From positions 27,891-91,890 of the IMG/VR virus record IMGVR_UViG_3300037420_001136: 64,000 nt of DNA; one strand, given 5' to 3'. The position numbers were made by a program, and so were the translations under genes. Below, piece by piece: positions 36,955 through 46,288 of the stretch. The notes under the pieces are model-generated. The model saw nothing but the letters and a program-made list of their open reading frames with translations, ran no database searches and was not told the DNA's origin. This DNA comes from a virus. Every line of letters starts with the position of its first letter. Position 1 is the stretch's first letter.

Positions 36955-37675
36955 GTCTCCCACTCTCCTTTCGATAGTCCGGCGAAAACTCGGAGACTAG
37001 AGACTCCTCGCGCATCTTCATCTCGGGCTCCAAGATGTCGCACAGGTTCTCTAAATCCTCCTGCTCCTCCAATATCTCAGCCACGGCGCGCAAGAGACGA
37101 ATAGGGTCGTATCTCTGAGCTAGCTCTAACAGCCTGTCCATCGGTGGCACTCTGTGTCTCTCCTCGAGATCGTCTTCTTCCTGCTTCTTCATGACGTGTT
37201 CGTAGAGCCTACGCTGCTCCTGAGAAAGAAGAGCCTCTGCGTAGTCGAAGCGAGAAACTGCTCGCAGAAACGCGTCTCGTACGGCGCGCTCGTCACGACC
37301 CAGAGCTCGCGAATTCTTACCTCGAAGCTGCTTCTCAAACTCCTCGCCCTCCCTCGTGGCATAGCGAGACTTGGGGTTGCTCGGAATCCAATAGTTCTGG
37401 AATATGTGATCACTCATCAGCGCTTGTACAGATTCTAAGTATAGTCGGAACTCGTCGCGAGGGCAGATGATCTGGTCACCAAACTTGAGAAAACCGCCCT
37501 CCTCGACGAGAGAGTCTGCGAAAGACTTGAAGTACTTCTTCCCTGCATACGAGGTAAGAGGAATACTAGTCACCTCCTCGCGATCCTGCTGCTCCTGACG
37601 AGTGCGACTCTGGCGCGCGGCCTGCTGTTGCTCGTACTGGCGGCGTTGAAAACGCTTCTCGGCCTTACTCGGCAT
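36944..37675 (-). CDS. Hypothetical protein
   Basis: 243-aa ORF; GAGG RBS. Confidence 0.6.
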   Translation of the reverse strand: MPSKAEKRFQRRQYEQQQAARQSRTRQEQQDREEVTSIPLTSYAGKKYFKSFADSLVEEGGFLKFGDQIICPRDEFRLYLESVQALMSDHIFQNYWIPSNPKSRYATREGEEFEKQLRGKNSRALGRDERAVRDAFLRAVSRFDYAEALLSQEQRRLYEHVMKKQEEDDLEERHRVPPMDRLLELAQRYDPIRLLRAVAEILEEQEDLENLCDILEPEMKMREESLVSEFSPDYRKESGRHEF

Positions 37676-37880
37676 AAGGGCCTCTCATCGCCCGCTCGGC
37701 GGCCTCGTCTGCTCGCTTTGCTGTGCTGCTCAGCTCCTGGAGTATCTCCACGACGTCCGTCAGAAAGGTCTTGAGATTACGTGTCGTCACGAGTACTCCC
37801 GGCTGGTCGCTGAGAAGCAGTGCCCGCCGCTCCAGCGAGCGGATCTTGGCGATCGTGCTGTGCTTTCTACCTCTTGACAT
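37665..37880 (-). CDS. Hypothetical protein
   Basis: Overlap coupling. Confidence 0.5.
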   Translation of the reverse strand: MSRGRKHSTIAKIRSLERRALLLSDQPGVLVTTRNLKTFLTDVVEILQELSSTAKRADEAAERAMRGPYAE

Positions 37881-38559
37881 CGGTCTGCTCTAGTCTACGA
37901 ACCTCCGCGATGGCCTCCAACATGACTTCCTCGGGTAGCTCGTGGTATCCGTCGACAGAGTCGAGTAGATCGCACAGAAGCTGGTGATCCGTGTAGGAGC
38001 GAAGGACGTCGTGGCCATTCTCGCGAGCATTGCGAATTTCCCCTCGCAACTCCGCCACCAGATCGCGATTGTTCTCGACCTCCCACAGTCGCAGAGGCGA
38101 GGGCTTGAAGTCTGGAGGGAGCTGCATCTCCTCGGTGAGTTCGAGGGTCGCCGGCTGACCTCGGCCGCGGAAGTCGCTCGGTGCGCGCTCACTCTGCTCC
38201 ATGAGCCAGAGCACTAGGTCGGCGTGATCTGGCCACACGAGATCGCTCTCTGGATGGGTCTCCTGCCAGCGCTTCGTCGCGCGTCTGTCCGCACTCCAAC
38301 GGAGATCAAACACCTGCTGAAGCTCTCCGGCTCGATCCTCTAGAGCCTCTAGGCGGTCGGCGACGTCTAAGAGACGATTCGCAACCTCTTCGTTACCTGC
38401 GGATCTCTGATACGCGGCCTCTTGACGAAGAAACTTCACGTCACTCTTGTCTGGCTCGGCGACGTACTCGGAGTCGTCTGGGGCGTTGGTCAGCGGCACG
38501 GCGTCATCCTCTATCACTAGGTGTCGGGTCGAGCGAAGATTCTTCTCTACAGGCCACAC
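37867..38559 (-). CDS. Hypothetical protein
   Basis: FDLRW.AD.RA..RWQ....VWPDHADL..WL segment. Confidence 0.6.
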   Translation of the reverse strand: MWPVEKNLRSTRHLVIEDDAVPLTNAPDDSEYVAEPDKSDVKFLRQEAAYQRSAGNEEVANRLLDVADRLEALEDRAGELQQVFDLRWSADRRATKRWQETHPESDLVWPDHADLVLWLMEQSERAPSDFRGRGQPATLELTEEMQLPPDFKPSPLRLWEVENNRDLVAELRGEIRNARENGHDVLRSYTDHQLLCDLLDSVDGYHELPEEVMLEAIAEVRRLEQTDVKR

Positions 38560-38896
38560 GAGAGTTCTCCTCCCTCCTTAGAATTCTCTGCATAGCCGAG
38601 ACGGGGACGAAGCCCATCTCAATCAGGTCGCACAACGAGGCGAGATAATACTTCATCTCGTCCACGGTGAATCCCCGATAGCCTCCGAAGATGTGAGACA
38701 CTCCGCGATGCGTCGCGCGAAGGTAGTAGCGCATGACGAAGGACGTGGGATGCTGGACGGAGTACACTCGCCTCTCACGGAGCACCTCGAATCTCGTACC
38801 GGTGAGATCCGAGAGCTTGCTCGCCAGAGCATCGACCAAGGAGGGTTGGTAGGGTCGATATCGCGGCGAGCGGGAGATGGGTCTGACCTCTGGCAT
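38504..38896 (-). CDS. Hypothetical protein
   Basis: TGATG coupling. Confidence 0.55.
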   Translation of the reverse strand: MPEVRPISRSPRYRPYQPSLVDALASKLSDLTGTRFEVLRERRVYSVQHPTSFVMRYYLRATHRGVSHIFGGYRGFTVDEMKYYLASLCDLIEMGFVPVSAMQRILRREENSRVACREESSLDPTPSDRG

Positions 38897-39138
38897 CAGT
38901 TGTTCTCTATTCCCTTACGGCGCGCTTCCTCGATCGCGGGCCAGTCCTCCGGTGCCCTGACCTCGCGAATACTCTCGCGCGGCCAGACGCGACCGTAGGT
39001 GTCGAGACCACAGCGCAGACATAGACTTGCGTCGTCCATTCCACCGAGACCGTAGATAACCTCGCCGTGCAGACCGTGAGGCCAGCCGGGACGACACTGG
39101 TGAGGTTTGAGGCCAGCGAGTAGGGACAGTATTCCCAT
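38896..39138 (-). CDS. Hypothetical protein
   Basis: TGATG coupling; GGAGG RBS. Confidence 0.5.
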   Translation of the reverse strand: MGILSLLAGLKPHQCRPGWPHGLHGEVIYGLGGMDDASLCLRCGLDTYGRVWPRESIREVRAPEDWPAIEEARRKGIENN

Positions 39139-39347
39139 CAGAGATACCTCCGTCCGGCGAGGTACGCGGCGGCGGCGTTCGTCAGCGCGTAGCAGAGGAG
39201 GAAGACGTTCGCACCGAGCAGACTCTCGTCCTGCGTGCAGTGGGAGATGTAGTCTCCCGTAACGAGCGTACCTACGCAGAGTATCAAGACTCCGACGTTC
39301 AGCACGAAGGCTAGGCCGACTACGAGCTTCTCGAGACTACGCATCAC
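39138..39347 (-). CDS. Small membrane protein (2 TM)
   Basis: Two hydrophobic segments. Confidence 0.55.
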   Translation of the reverse strand: MMRSLEKLVVGLAFVLNVGVLILCVGTLVTGDYISHCTQDESLLGANVFLLCYALTNAAAAYLAGRRYL

Positions 39348-39793
39348 TCCCCGAACTCCTCCTCGCCGCCGAACATGGTGACGGTGTTGATGCGGACGTC
39401 ATACTCCGAGGGCTGCTCGGTAACTGCGTCTGACTCGGCCGTGATGATGCTCAAGTAGCGTCGTCCAGCGGCGAGCAGAGCCTCGTTCGGTAGCTGAACC
39501 TTGTGGTCGCCGAAGAGAACGTCAACGCCTCCACTTGAGCCAGCAGAGCCGATCTTCACCGCGACGAAGACCGTCTGTCCCTGCGTGGAGGGATCGAACG
39601 GCGGGACGTCCTGACGAGACTCTTCTCGCTCCTCGACTCGGCGAGGCACGGCGTCGTCGTAGCCCAGCAGCCAGTCTTCCTTCTGACGACCCTTCAGCCA
39701 CCAGCAGTTGCGGCGCTCTCCACGAAGAGCAGCGTCCTGCCCCTGAAGGTAGCAGGTCTTGTGCTCGACGCTCTCCGGGACTAGGTTGCTCAT
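39344..39793 (-). CDS. Hypothetical protein with RMF-like N-terminus
   Basis: YLQGQDAALRG..R.C.W......DWLLGY. Confidence 0.5.
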   Translation of the reverse strand: MSNLVPESVEHKTCYLQGQDAALRGERRNCWWLKGRQKEDWLLGYDDAVPRRVEEREESRQDVPPFDPSTQGQTVFVAVKIGSAGSSGGVDVLFGDHKVQLPNEALLAAGRRYLSIITAESDAVTEQPSEYDVRINTVTMFGGEEEFGE

Positions 39794-39984
39794 GGGTGCA
39801 CCGGAACGAGGTTGAGGACACCGTCGAGGATGTCCCACTTCACCTGAACGCAGCCCTCGCGAGGCTCGTCCCACAGGGTGAGCTTGGTTCCGTCGACGAT
39901 ATTCATGTAGACGACTCCGTAGAGCTCGTCAAATTCTTCGACTGACTGCTCGTCCGGCTCGGCTTGACTCTGAGGATGTGGCAT
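39790..39984 (-). CDS. Hypothetical protein
   Basis: AAGGAGG RBS after promoter. Confidence 0.6.
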   Translation of the reverse strand: MPHPQSQAEPDEQSVEEFDELYGVVYMNIVDGTKLTLWDEPREGCVQVKWDILDGVLNLVPVHP

Positions 39985-40016
39985 GGGGTGGACCTCCTTT
40001 GCGTTGCTTACGGTGT

Positions 40017-40045
40017 ATTGTACGCGGGCGCTACTCCGCGGGCAA
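40017..40045 (-). promoter_or_regulatory. sigma70-like promoter with spacer GA
   Basis: TTGCCC-gcgGA(17)-TACAAT. Confidence 0.75.
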
Positions 40046-40075
40046 GCGCGGACAGGTCCTGTAGAGGGTGCGTTG

Positions 40076-40447
40076 TTACGCCGAGGACGCTGCTTCACTG
40101 ACCCTAAGTGATCTCGTCTCGTCGCGAAGGGTCTGGGCTATGTGGCGATTCAGTCGCGCCTGCACGGCGGTACGAAGACGTCGACGCTGTCGCCAACTCA
40201 GATTCGAGACGGGAACGCTCTTCTCCACGACTGTAGACTTCTTCATGTCGGGCCAGATGGGCTCGCGATAGCATGAGTATATCTGGCCTCGGTACAGATC
40301 AAAGATGAAGTTGTAAATCCTCAGATACTCCTTGTCGATTCTCGCCGGCATTAAGTCATCCTGGAGCACAGAGATCATCAGATCCACCAACGCGTCGTTC
40401 GCTCTATAGACGGCGCGCCCTGCTCGATAGTGTCCCAGCAGGCTCAT
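40076..40447 (-). CDS. Hypothetical protein
   Basis: ATGA overlap. Confidence 0.5.
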   Translation of the reverse strand: MSLLGHYRAGRAVYRANDALVDLMISVLQDDLMPARIDKEYLRIYNFIFDLYRGQIYSCYREPIWPDMKKSTVVEKSVPVSNLSWRQRRRLRTAVQARLNRHIAQTLRDETRSLRVSEAASSA

Positions 40448-40722
40448 CCGCCCATCTCCAGTCCCTTCTCCGTCTGCATGTACTCTCGTCGCTCCTGGAG
40501 CCAGAGGTCAAGAATCTCCTCGAGAGCCGACAGCGACACCCCGAGAGAGTTGACGTAGGAGACGAAGAAGTAGACGAGGTCGTCCACCTCCACCGGCAGA
40601 TCCTCCTCGTGCCCGAGGCGCTGCATGATCTGTCGCCGGCAGACGTCCTCTGGCGACTCTGTGACGTTCGGTAGTGCTTGGTCAGCCACCGTAGTTCTCC
40701 CCGAAGAATGCAGCGTTGGCAC
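40444..40722 (-). CDS. Hypothetical protein
   Basis: Operon context. Confidence 0.5.
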   Translation of the reverse strand: MPTLHSSGRTTVADQALPNVTESPEDVCRRQIMQRLGHEEDLPVEVDDLVYFFVSYVNSLGVSLSALEEILDLWLQERREYMQTEKGLEMGG

Positions 40723-40957
40723 GACGCACCTGCTCGTCGGTTCTATCCTCCTCGAACATGATCTGCGTCTGCACTCCCGGAGCGAACAACTCCGGATGAC
40801 GTCGCGTGAGAATCGCTACGGCGTCGGCGGGACTGGGAGCTCCGCGCTCCCATCGCGGCGCGTCCGAGACTCCCGCCACCAAGAACATCCACTCTCGGTT
40901 GGAGCTCGCGATCCACTCTCGGCGGAAGCGAACGACTCGTATCTTGTAGCGCGGCAT
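40682..40957 (-). CDS. Hypothetical protein
   Basis: TGATG coupling; AGGAG RBS. Confidence 0.55.
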   Translation of the reverse strand: MPRYKIRVVRFRREWIASSNREWMFLVAGVSDAPRWERGAPSPADAVAILTRRHPELFAPGVQTQIMFEEDRTDEQVRRANAAFFGENYGG

Positions 40958-41229
40958 CAGTTCTTGATCTCCTCCCGGACGGCCTCGAGTATCTCGTCGC
41001 GCGTCGGCTGGTAGTCCTCCTCGCCGATGCTGTCCGCGACGCGGGTGCAGGTCTTGCAGAGATGTAGGTCGTGCTGGACGCTGGACTGGAGATCGTCCCT
41101 AAGGGCCTCCTCCGCCGCGTCGTGCAGAGACGCTCCGCTGAGCTCGAGAGCTGGATCCAAGAACATCTGCGGTATGCTCGTGCCGCAGCCGTCGCACTCG
41201 AACTGAGCGATGATGTAGCGTAAGGTCAT
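40957..41229 (-). CDS. Zn-finger hypothetical protein
   Basis: CDGC...HLCKTC; AGGAG RBS. Confidence 0.6.
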   Translation of the reverse strand: MTLRYIIAQFECDGCGTSIPQMFLDPALELSGASLHDAAEEALRDDLQSSVQHDLHLCKTCTRVADSIGEEDYQPTRDEILEAVREEIKN

Positions 41230-41368
41230 ACTCGATCTGCTCCTGAGGTTGTCGAAGTCCCGGATCGCGAGTAATCGCCGTTGCTCAAGTGATCGCGCGC
41301 GATCAAAAATCGACCGAGACTTGACTGATTGCTCGTGAGACTCCGAGCTAGAGGCGCGGAGACTGAGG

Positions 41369-41569
41369 TCACTCGAGATTCTCCGCCGCCTCGCGGACGA
41401 GGCTGATCAGGTACTCGTGGAGATTCCGAGGTCTCGGCTGAAGCAGAGCTACGGAGTACTCGTACACCGCCTCGGGACTGTGTCCAGAGATCGTGATGTG
41501 GAGCGAGCCGTCCGACTCTCGGAAGAGGTTCATCGTCGCCAGATGGGTGCCGATGCTAGAGGTTCTCAC
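41369..41569 (-). CDS. Hypothetical protein
   Basis: GTGA overlap. Confidence 0.45.
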   Translation of the reverse strand: MRTSSIGTHLATMNLFRESDGSLHITISGHSPEAVYEYSVALLQPRPRNLHEYLISLVREAAENLE

Positions 41570-41760
41570 GACTCGAACTCTATGACGATTCGACGAGTTC
41601 GACTGATCGTGGTGCCGCCGAATCCAGCCACGGAGATCTCCTCGTCCTGGAAGAGCTGGCGAATGAACTCGTGGATGATGTCCTGGTTCAGGTCACCCGA
41701 GAGAGTACGATCCGGCGTCTCGAGGTCGGACGAGGAGTACGTCTTGATGCTGGCCTTCAT
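41566..41760 (-). CDS. Hypothetical protein
   Basis: ATGA overlap. Confidence 0.5.
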   Translation of the reverse strand: MKASIKTYSSSDLETPDRTLSGDLNQDIIHEFIRQLFQDEEISVAGFGGTTISRTRRIVIEFES

Positions 41761-42161
41761 GGTCTCTGATCCAGTCCGTCGAGCAGCTGGCCGAGGATGC
41801 CCTGCTCGAGAGCCGCGTCTCGTATGTCGTCGAGTAGGTCGCGCCAGGACTTCCACTGGAGGATGGTGCTCGCCCAGCGGCTGAAGAGCTTGGCGTCCTC
41901 GGGCGGCTCCTCGACGAAGTTGAAGACGTAGCCGTCGTGAGCTCTCAGGAGCTCCTCCAACTCGAGATGCAGAGTGCACGGCGGCGGAGAGTCGCGGCTG
42001 GCTGGGTCTACGTCGTAGACTCTCCACTCGGGCGTACCGACGGAGGGCTCGTAGGCGTGACCTCGGTAGTTGGTGGGGTCGGTGACGACTCCCTTGACGA
42101 CCCAGATCTCGGGTCGTTGGGCAAGGCGCTCGCCGGTGGAGATTTGGTTGGCGGCTGACAT
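41757..42161 (-). CDS. Hypothetical protein
   Basis: AGGAG RBS. Confidence 0.6.
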   Translation of the reverse strand: MSAANQISTGERLAQRPEIWVVKGVVTDPTNYRGHAYEPSVGTPEWRVYDVDPASRDSPPPCTLHLELEELLRAHDGYVFNFVEEPPEDAKLFSRWASTILQWKSWRDLLDDIRDAALEQGILGQLLDGLDQRP

Positions 42162-42180
42162 GGGACGATTGTCTCCTGTT

Positions 42181-42495
42181 CTACGACGCTGTTCCGCAGC
42201 GGATGGTGTGGAGTGGAAATGGCGCGCCGCACACGATGCAGTGGGCGAGAGGGCCTCCGTTCCCAGGATGCATGTCGCGCACCAGGATTTCCTCGAACAC
42301 CCAGCCGCAGACGACGCGATTCCCGTATCCCGGTGGGAGAGGTTTGAGAGGGCCGACGTGATGGTACTCTCGGTTGTCGTACCGGAGGTAGTGGTTGAAG
42401 AGAGAAGCCGGGGCGATCACCTCGATCGGCTCCTCGGCCTCCGTTGAGTGGAAGCGGAAGAGGGCCTGAGGTGGAGTGTGGTGGGACGATTCCAT
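42181..42495 (-). CDS. Hypothetical protein
   Basis: AGGAGG RBS after promoter. Confidence 0.55.
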   Translation of the reverse strand: MESSHHTPPQALFRFHSTEAEEPIEVIAPASLFNHYLRYDNREYHHVGPLKPLPPGYGNRVVCGWVFEEILVRDMHPGNGGPLAHCIVCGAPFPLHTIRCGTAS

Positions 42496-42528
42496 CGGGG
42501 ATAAACCTCCTGTCCAAGCTAGGCTTAC

Positions 42529-42557
42529 AGTATAAGGCGGGGTTGGTCGCGTGCCAA
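42529..42557 (-). promoter_or_regulatory. sigma70-like promoter with spacer GA
   Basis: TTGGCA-cgcGA(17)-TATACT. Confidence 0.75.
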
Positions 42558-42599
42558 GCGGGGATTAGTCCAGCGAAGGGCGAGAAGTGATGGTGATCC

Positions 42600-43020
42600 A
42601 GTCGTAGGCAATAGCTTGGGAGTTTTGGTGAGACTAGATCAGTGGTTAGCCTAGGAGATAAGCGGTCGTGCTACTCCCAAGGTATGCTTCTGCATATTCC
42701 TTGTCTGTGCGCTAAATGCTTGTAATTGTTATGTTTTGAGTGTCTCTCGATAGTACTCTATTACTTACTTTAGGAGAATATATATAGAGGTAGTAGAGGG
42801 TACTGTAGATATACATATAGTGCTATCGCACATCAATATGGGTATCACATCAACGTATTGTAATCGGTAGTGGGCTGGCTGGCAGCGGTCGACGCATACT
42901 CCTAAGGTAAACTTGCGATCCTGGGCTGAGGCTAAGCCTTTGGTTCTGCGGTGGATTTAAGCTTAGGAGAAATAGCTTAGGAGCTGCGCTGGAATTTTAG
43001 GTGGTGCGGATAAAATACTG
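42600..43020. other. Candidate replication origin (AT-rich core + iteron-like repeats)
   Basis: Non-coding; AT-rich 42700-42860; seven YYTRGGAG copies in both orientations. Confidence 0.45.
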
Positions 43021-43021
43021 C

Positions 43022-43050
43022 TTGTCACTAGAGCAACCGGCTGCTATATC
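43022..43050 (+). promoter_or_regulatory. sigma70-like promoter with spacer GA
   Basis: TTGTCA-ctaGA(17)-TATATC (alphaproteobacterial GCTATATC -10). Confidence 0.7.
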
Positions 43051-43140
43051 TGAGAATGCCTCCAAGGCCCTCAGCCTGGAATCGCAGCAAGGAAAAGGCC
43101 CCGTTGTGTCTCCCGGGAGACGCGGCGGGGCTGATTCCGT

Positions 43141-43827
43141 TTAGGGAGCTCCGTCTTCCGGTGGACCATAGAGTTCCACGAGGGAGGTACGCATCCAAGG
43201 ACGATTTTCCAGGATCTCATTCCGCGTATCAGGGCTCCCGTAGCGATAGAGCTCGTTCCAATCCGGAGCCTCGTGCTCGTGACGATCCACTACATCGCCA
43301 TCCTTGGTGACCTTGAAGTCTTGGTCGTACTTCTGTAGCTTACTCAGTGGGACGGGGTTCGAGCTGAAGTTTAGATCAGAACGGCGACCGAGATCGCATT
43401 TTTCGATCCGACTATTGAGCTTTTTCAGACTGAGACTTGACGGTTCGTCCACCCAGCTTCCTGACCGGAGCAGTTGGATTACCTTCCCTCTGATCTCCAG
43501 TTGGAAGAACTTTCGACTCTCCTCCGTCTCCCCGTGAACTTCGTTATAAATCGCCTCTCGAAGCATCATTCTCAGGACCGGCATGTAGTCTGGGGACACG
43601 AGACAGGACTCGAGGGCTCCCAGAATGTCCATTCTGTCGGCTGGGACGTAGATCTGCGGAAGACTTCTACTCCGATAACTGTCGCGCCCACGCGGCGGCA
43701 TGTTGATCAACACATCGTCGGGATACGCTCGTCCAGCGCTCAAGATCTCCTCGCGAGTCTCTCCGAGGACCGAGATGTACTCTCTACCTCGCTTTCGAAC
43801 CGGAATAGGGGAGTGAAAATAGGCCAT
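43141..43827 (-). CDS. Hypothetical protein
   Basis: 228-aa ORF; GAGGG RBS. Confidence 0.6.
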   Translation of the reverse strand: MAYFHSPIPVRKRGREYISVLGETREEILSAGRAYPDDVLINMPPRGRDSYRSRSLPQIYVPADRMDILGALESCLVSPDYMPVLRMMLREAIYNEVHGETEESRKFFQLEIRGKVIQLLRSGSWVDEPSSLSLKKLNSRIEKCDLGRRSDLNFSSNPVPLSKLQKYDQDFKVTKDGDVVDRHEHEAPDWNELYRYGSPDTRNEILENRPWMRTSLVELYGPPEDGAP

Positions 43828-43957
43828 CTAGACCCTCTCGATCTTAATCTGGACGGAAACTTCGTACTCTCCGCCCTCGAAGCGGGTCGTCGTACGTCTT
43901 CCGATGGTACGTTGCTCGCCGGGAGTCAGCCCGCTCTCCAGCGACCGCTCTACGACC

Positions 43958-44416
43958 TCAGCTACCTTCTGGGCCACCTCGGTCGCGGCGTCTCTTCGCC
44001 CTCTCTTCCTCTCTGGCGAGTCTAGCGGCACGGTATTCCTCCCCTTTGGCGATTGGCGATATGTTACCGCCCAAAATCTCGCCGGACAACTTCTGCTTGG
44101 TCCGTCCTCTTGGGTAGATCTGACCAACGACCTTCCCAGTTTCTGGGTGGTGTATCATAATCGCGCTGTGATCCAGCTTTCGCCAGAATACGAACCAATC
44201 CCAGTTGATCTCGGTGTCCGTCTCGCGAAGAAGATCAATCAACCACTCGTCGTCGCTGTCGTACCAGAGCCCAAAGTCGGCCCTGAACTCTCGCCTGACG
44301 ACTTTTCCGGGGATTATCGCGTGTCCAGACACGACGAAGACTATTTCTCGCCTGACGGATCGGAATCGATCACCGTCCCAGCAGCTCTCCTCGGCGAACG
44401 ATAGGACTTGGGACAT
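43958..44416 (-). CDS. Hypothetical protein
   Basis: 152-aa ORF. Confidence 0.55.
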   Translation of the reverse strand: MSQVLSFAEESCWDGDRFRSVRREIVFVVSGHAIIPGKVVRREFRADFGLWYDSDDEWLIDLLRETDTEINWDWFVFWRKLDHSAIMIHHPETGKVVGQIYPRGRTKQKLSGEILGGNISPIAKGEEYRAARLAREEERAKRRRDRGGPEGS

Positions 44417-44417
44417 C

Positions 44418-44546
44418 CTATCCGAGGAAGATGTAGAGGAGGAAGAAGATCGCGAGGACGATGACCCACCACGCTGGCCTATTGTCCCTTAGATTGCCGT
44501 CCTTGAGCATGTTGATCCCAAGACGGACGTCTGTAAGTCGTGACAT
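44418..44546 (-). CDS. Small single-TM protein
   Basis: WWVIVLAIFFLLYIFLG; follows promoter. Confidence 0.5.
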   Translation of the reverse strand: MSRLTDVRLGINMLKDGNLRDNRPAWWVIVLAIFFLLYIFLG

Positions 44547-44576
44547 AACCGAGTGCCCTACCTTGCTAACACAGCT

Positions 44577-44606
44577 ATAATGCGCCGCCACCCCTCCAGG
44601 TTGCAA
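44577..44606 (-). promoter_or_regulatory. sigma70-like promoter with GA 12 nt before -10
   Basis: TTGCAA-cctgGA(18)-CATTAT. Confidence 0.55.
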
Positions 44607-44732
44607 GTGCAGACTGGTCTCTGGAGAAAAGACTGCTCTCCGGAGTGCGGAGAGCTTCACACCCTATAGTTACGCGCGTAGGCTCTCAAGACGAGGTCCG
44701 CAAAATACTGCTCCGCGCGGATCAGGTAGGGG

Positions 44733-44761
44733 TTTACCTTTGAGAGACGCTTTGGCATATA
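44733..44761 (+). promoter_or_regulatory. sigma70-like promoter with spacer GA
   Basis: TTTACC-tttGA(17)-CATATA. Confidence 0.55.
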
Positions 44762-44825
44762 GGGGTTGCTGGCAAGGGGCCAGTCCGCCACGGCAAGGGC
44801 GGTCATCAAGCAGGAGTACTCAGCA

Positions 44826-45482
44826 ATGAGCAAAAATCGTAACAAGGGCGGAGCTCGCCCGCAGAACGACGGCAGCGGCGGCGCGCTCACCGTCAGCGAC
44901 AGCACTGGCTCGGCCGAGGGCAAGGCGCCCGAGGGTGGCGAGTCCGGCGCTGCCGAGGCGGCTGCACCCGACCCGTTCGCCGACGTGCCGGTCACCAAGA
45001 TCGGCGACGACGTGGAGTTCAGCGACTTCTCGGACACGCCCACGGCGGATCCGCGCAAGTATGCCAACGTCCACGCGGCTGCGGTCGGCGATCGCCTTCC
45101 GACGGTCAAGGGCTGGAAGCACGAGCGTGCCATGCTCGTTCCGGGTACCAACCGGAAGGAGTTCAAGCAGGGCTCGGTGTACGGCACCATCCAGCAGATC
45201 GTCAACGCTGCTGGCCGCACCGGAATCCCGGCGTACGTCGTGGCTACCAAACTGCGTCGGCTCCAGGTCGGCAACAAGCGGTCGCACTACTGCGGCACCG
45301 GCGAGGTCGCCCAGCTCCCGCCCATCGGTTGGGCCGAGGGCTGGCTGAACACGGCGATTACCAAGAACATCGCCGGCGTCCACCCGACCAAGCAGGCTCC
45401 GGCCCTCCGCGAGGAGGTCACCGAGGGCGAGGCCAACGTCAACAAGGCCGAGTCGCAGGGCAAGCTCGCAGCCAACGGCTGA
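44826..45482 (+). CDS. Hypothetical protein, stand-alone transcription unit; possible paralog of island protein 51955-52473
   Basis: AGGAG RBS, own promoter and terminator, strongly GC3-biased codons; IGWAEGWLN motif. Confidence 0.75.
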   Translation: MSKNRNKGGARPQNDGSGGALTVSDSTGSAEGKAPEGGESGAAEAAAPDPFADVPVTKIGDDVEFSDFSDTPTADPRKYANVHAAAVGDRLPTVKGWKHERAMLVPGTNRKEFKQGSVYGTIQQIVNAAGRTGIPAYVVATKLRRLQVGNKRSHYCGTGEVAQLPPIGWAEGWLNTAITKNIAGVHPTKQAPALREEVTEGEANVNKAESQGKLAANG

Positions 45483-45502
45483 CGCTCCCCGCGACAAAGG
45501 GT

Positions 45503-45542
45503 CCCCGCCGAGGCTTGCTTGCCCTCGGCGGGGATTTCTTTT
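45503..45542 (+). terminator. Intrinsic terminator
   Basis: CCCCGCCGAGG...CCTCGGCGGGG followed by ATTTCTTTT. Confidence 0.75.
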
Positions 45543-45776
45543 GCCTCGGCGTCGTGATCACGCTGAGATCCCATCTTGAGACGCGAGAGAAGAGAGAGAA
45601 GAGCGGTGAGTACGCCCCGCTGCGGCTGGCCTAGGGCGGCTGCTCCAAAGCCCCTCGAGGACCCCACAAACCGCTCCTACAGCACGTCTACGGGTGCGGG
45701 CGCTACACGGGTACCCGTGTGGGCGAGATGCGCTGTAGGATGCCTCTCAGAAAGCTCCAGTGGCTAACTCAAACTG

Positions 45777-45805
45777 TTGCGCGTGGAGCAGGGCGCGGCT
45801 AACCT
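45777..45805 (+). promoter_or_regulatory. sigma70-like promoter with spacer GA
   Basis: TTGCGC-gtgGA(17)-TAACCT. Confidence 0.7.
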
Positions 45806-45834
45806 ACGTAGGTAGGCAAAGGAGGATCTCCACA

Positions 45835-46101
45835 ATGCAGGCCGCATTACTCAGCAGCGTCTTCCAAGGCGCTATTCCGCACTTCCCAGCGAGCACGGGG
45901 TTCGGGATTATTAACTTCGTGCAGTCGTGCCGTCATCCGCGCGACGCCGTCGTGCTGTGCTATCGGAACGAGTCCGGCGTAGACGAGTTCGTCGTGTGGA
46001 CCGCCAACATGATCGAGGGCGGTTGCCACGTCGGCTCGTACTGCTCGACGTTCGATCAGGCGTGGACGGAGTTCCAACGTCGCGTGGGGAGTCTGAGCTG
46101 A
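45835..46101 (+). CDS. Hypothetical protein
   Basis: AAGGAGG RBS. Confidence 0.65.
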   Translation: MQAALLSSVFQGAIPHFPASTGFGIINFVQSCRHPRDAVVLCYRNESGVDEFVVWTANMIEGGCHVGSYCSTFDQAWTEFQRRVGSLS

Positions 46102-46286
46102 TGCCTCTCACCCGCGAGCAAGTCATCGTCACGCGCTTCTGCGTCGAGGCCGAGATCAAGCGCGTGGAGAAATTCGTCGAGGAGCACGGCGGATTAGAAG
46201 ATCCTCTGAACAATCCGTTTAAGTTCTGGCTGGAAGTCGCGCGCGATGCTCAGCAAGAGCTCATTAATCAGCAAGAAGGGAAGTAA
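46101..46286 (+). CDS. Hypothetical protein
   Basis: TGATG coupling. Confidence 0.55.
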   Translation: MPLTREQVIVTRFCVEAEIKRVEKFVEEHGGLEDPLNNPFKFWLEVARDAQQELINQQEGK

Positions 46287-46288
46287 TC

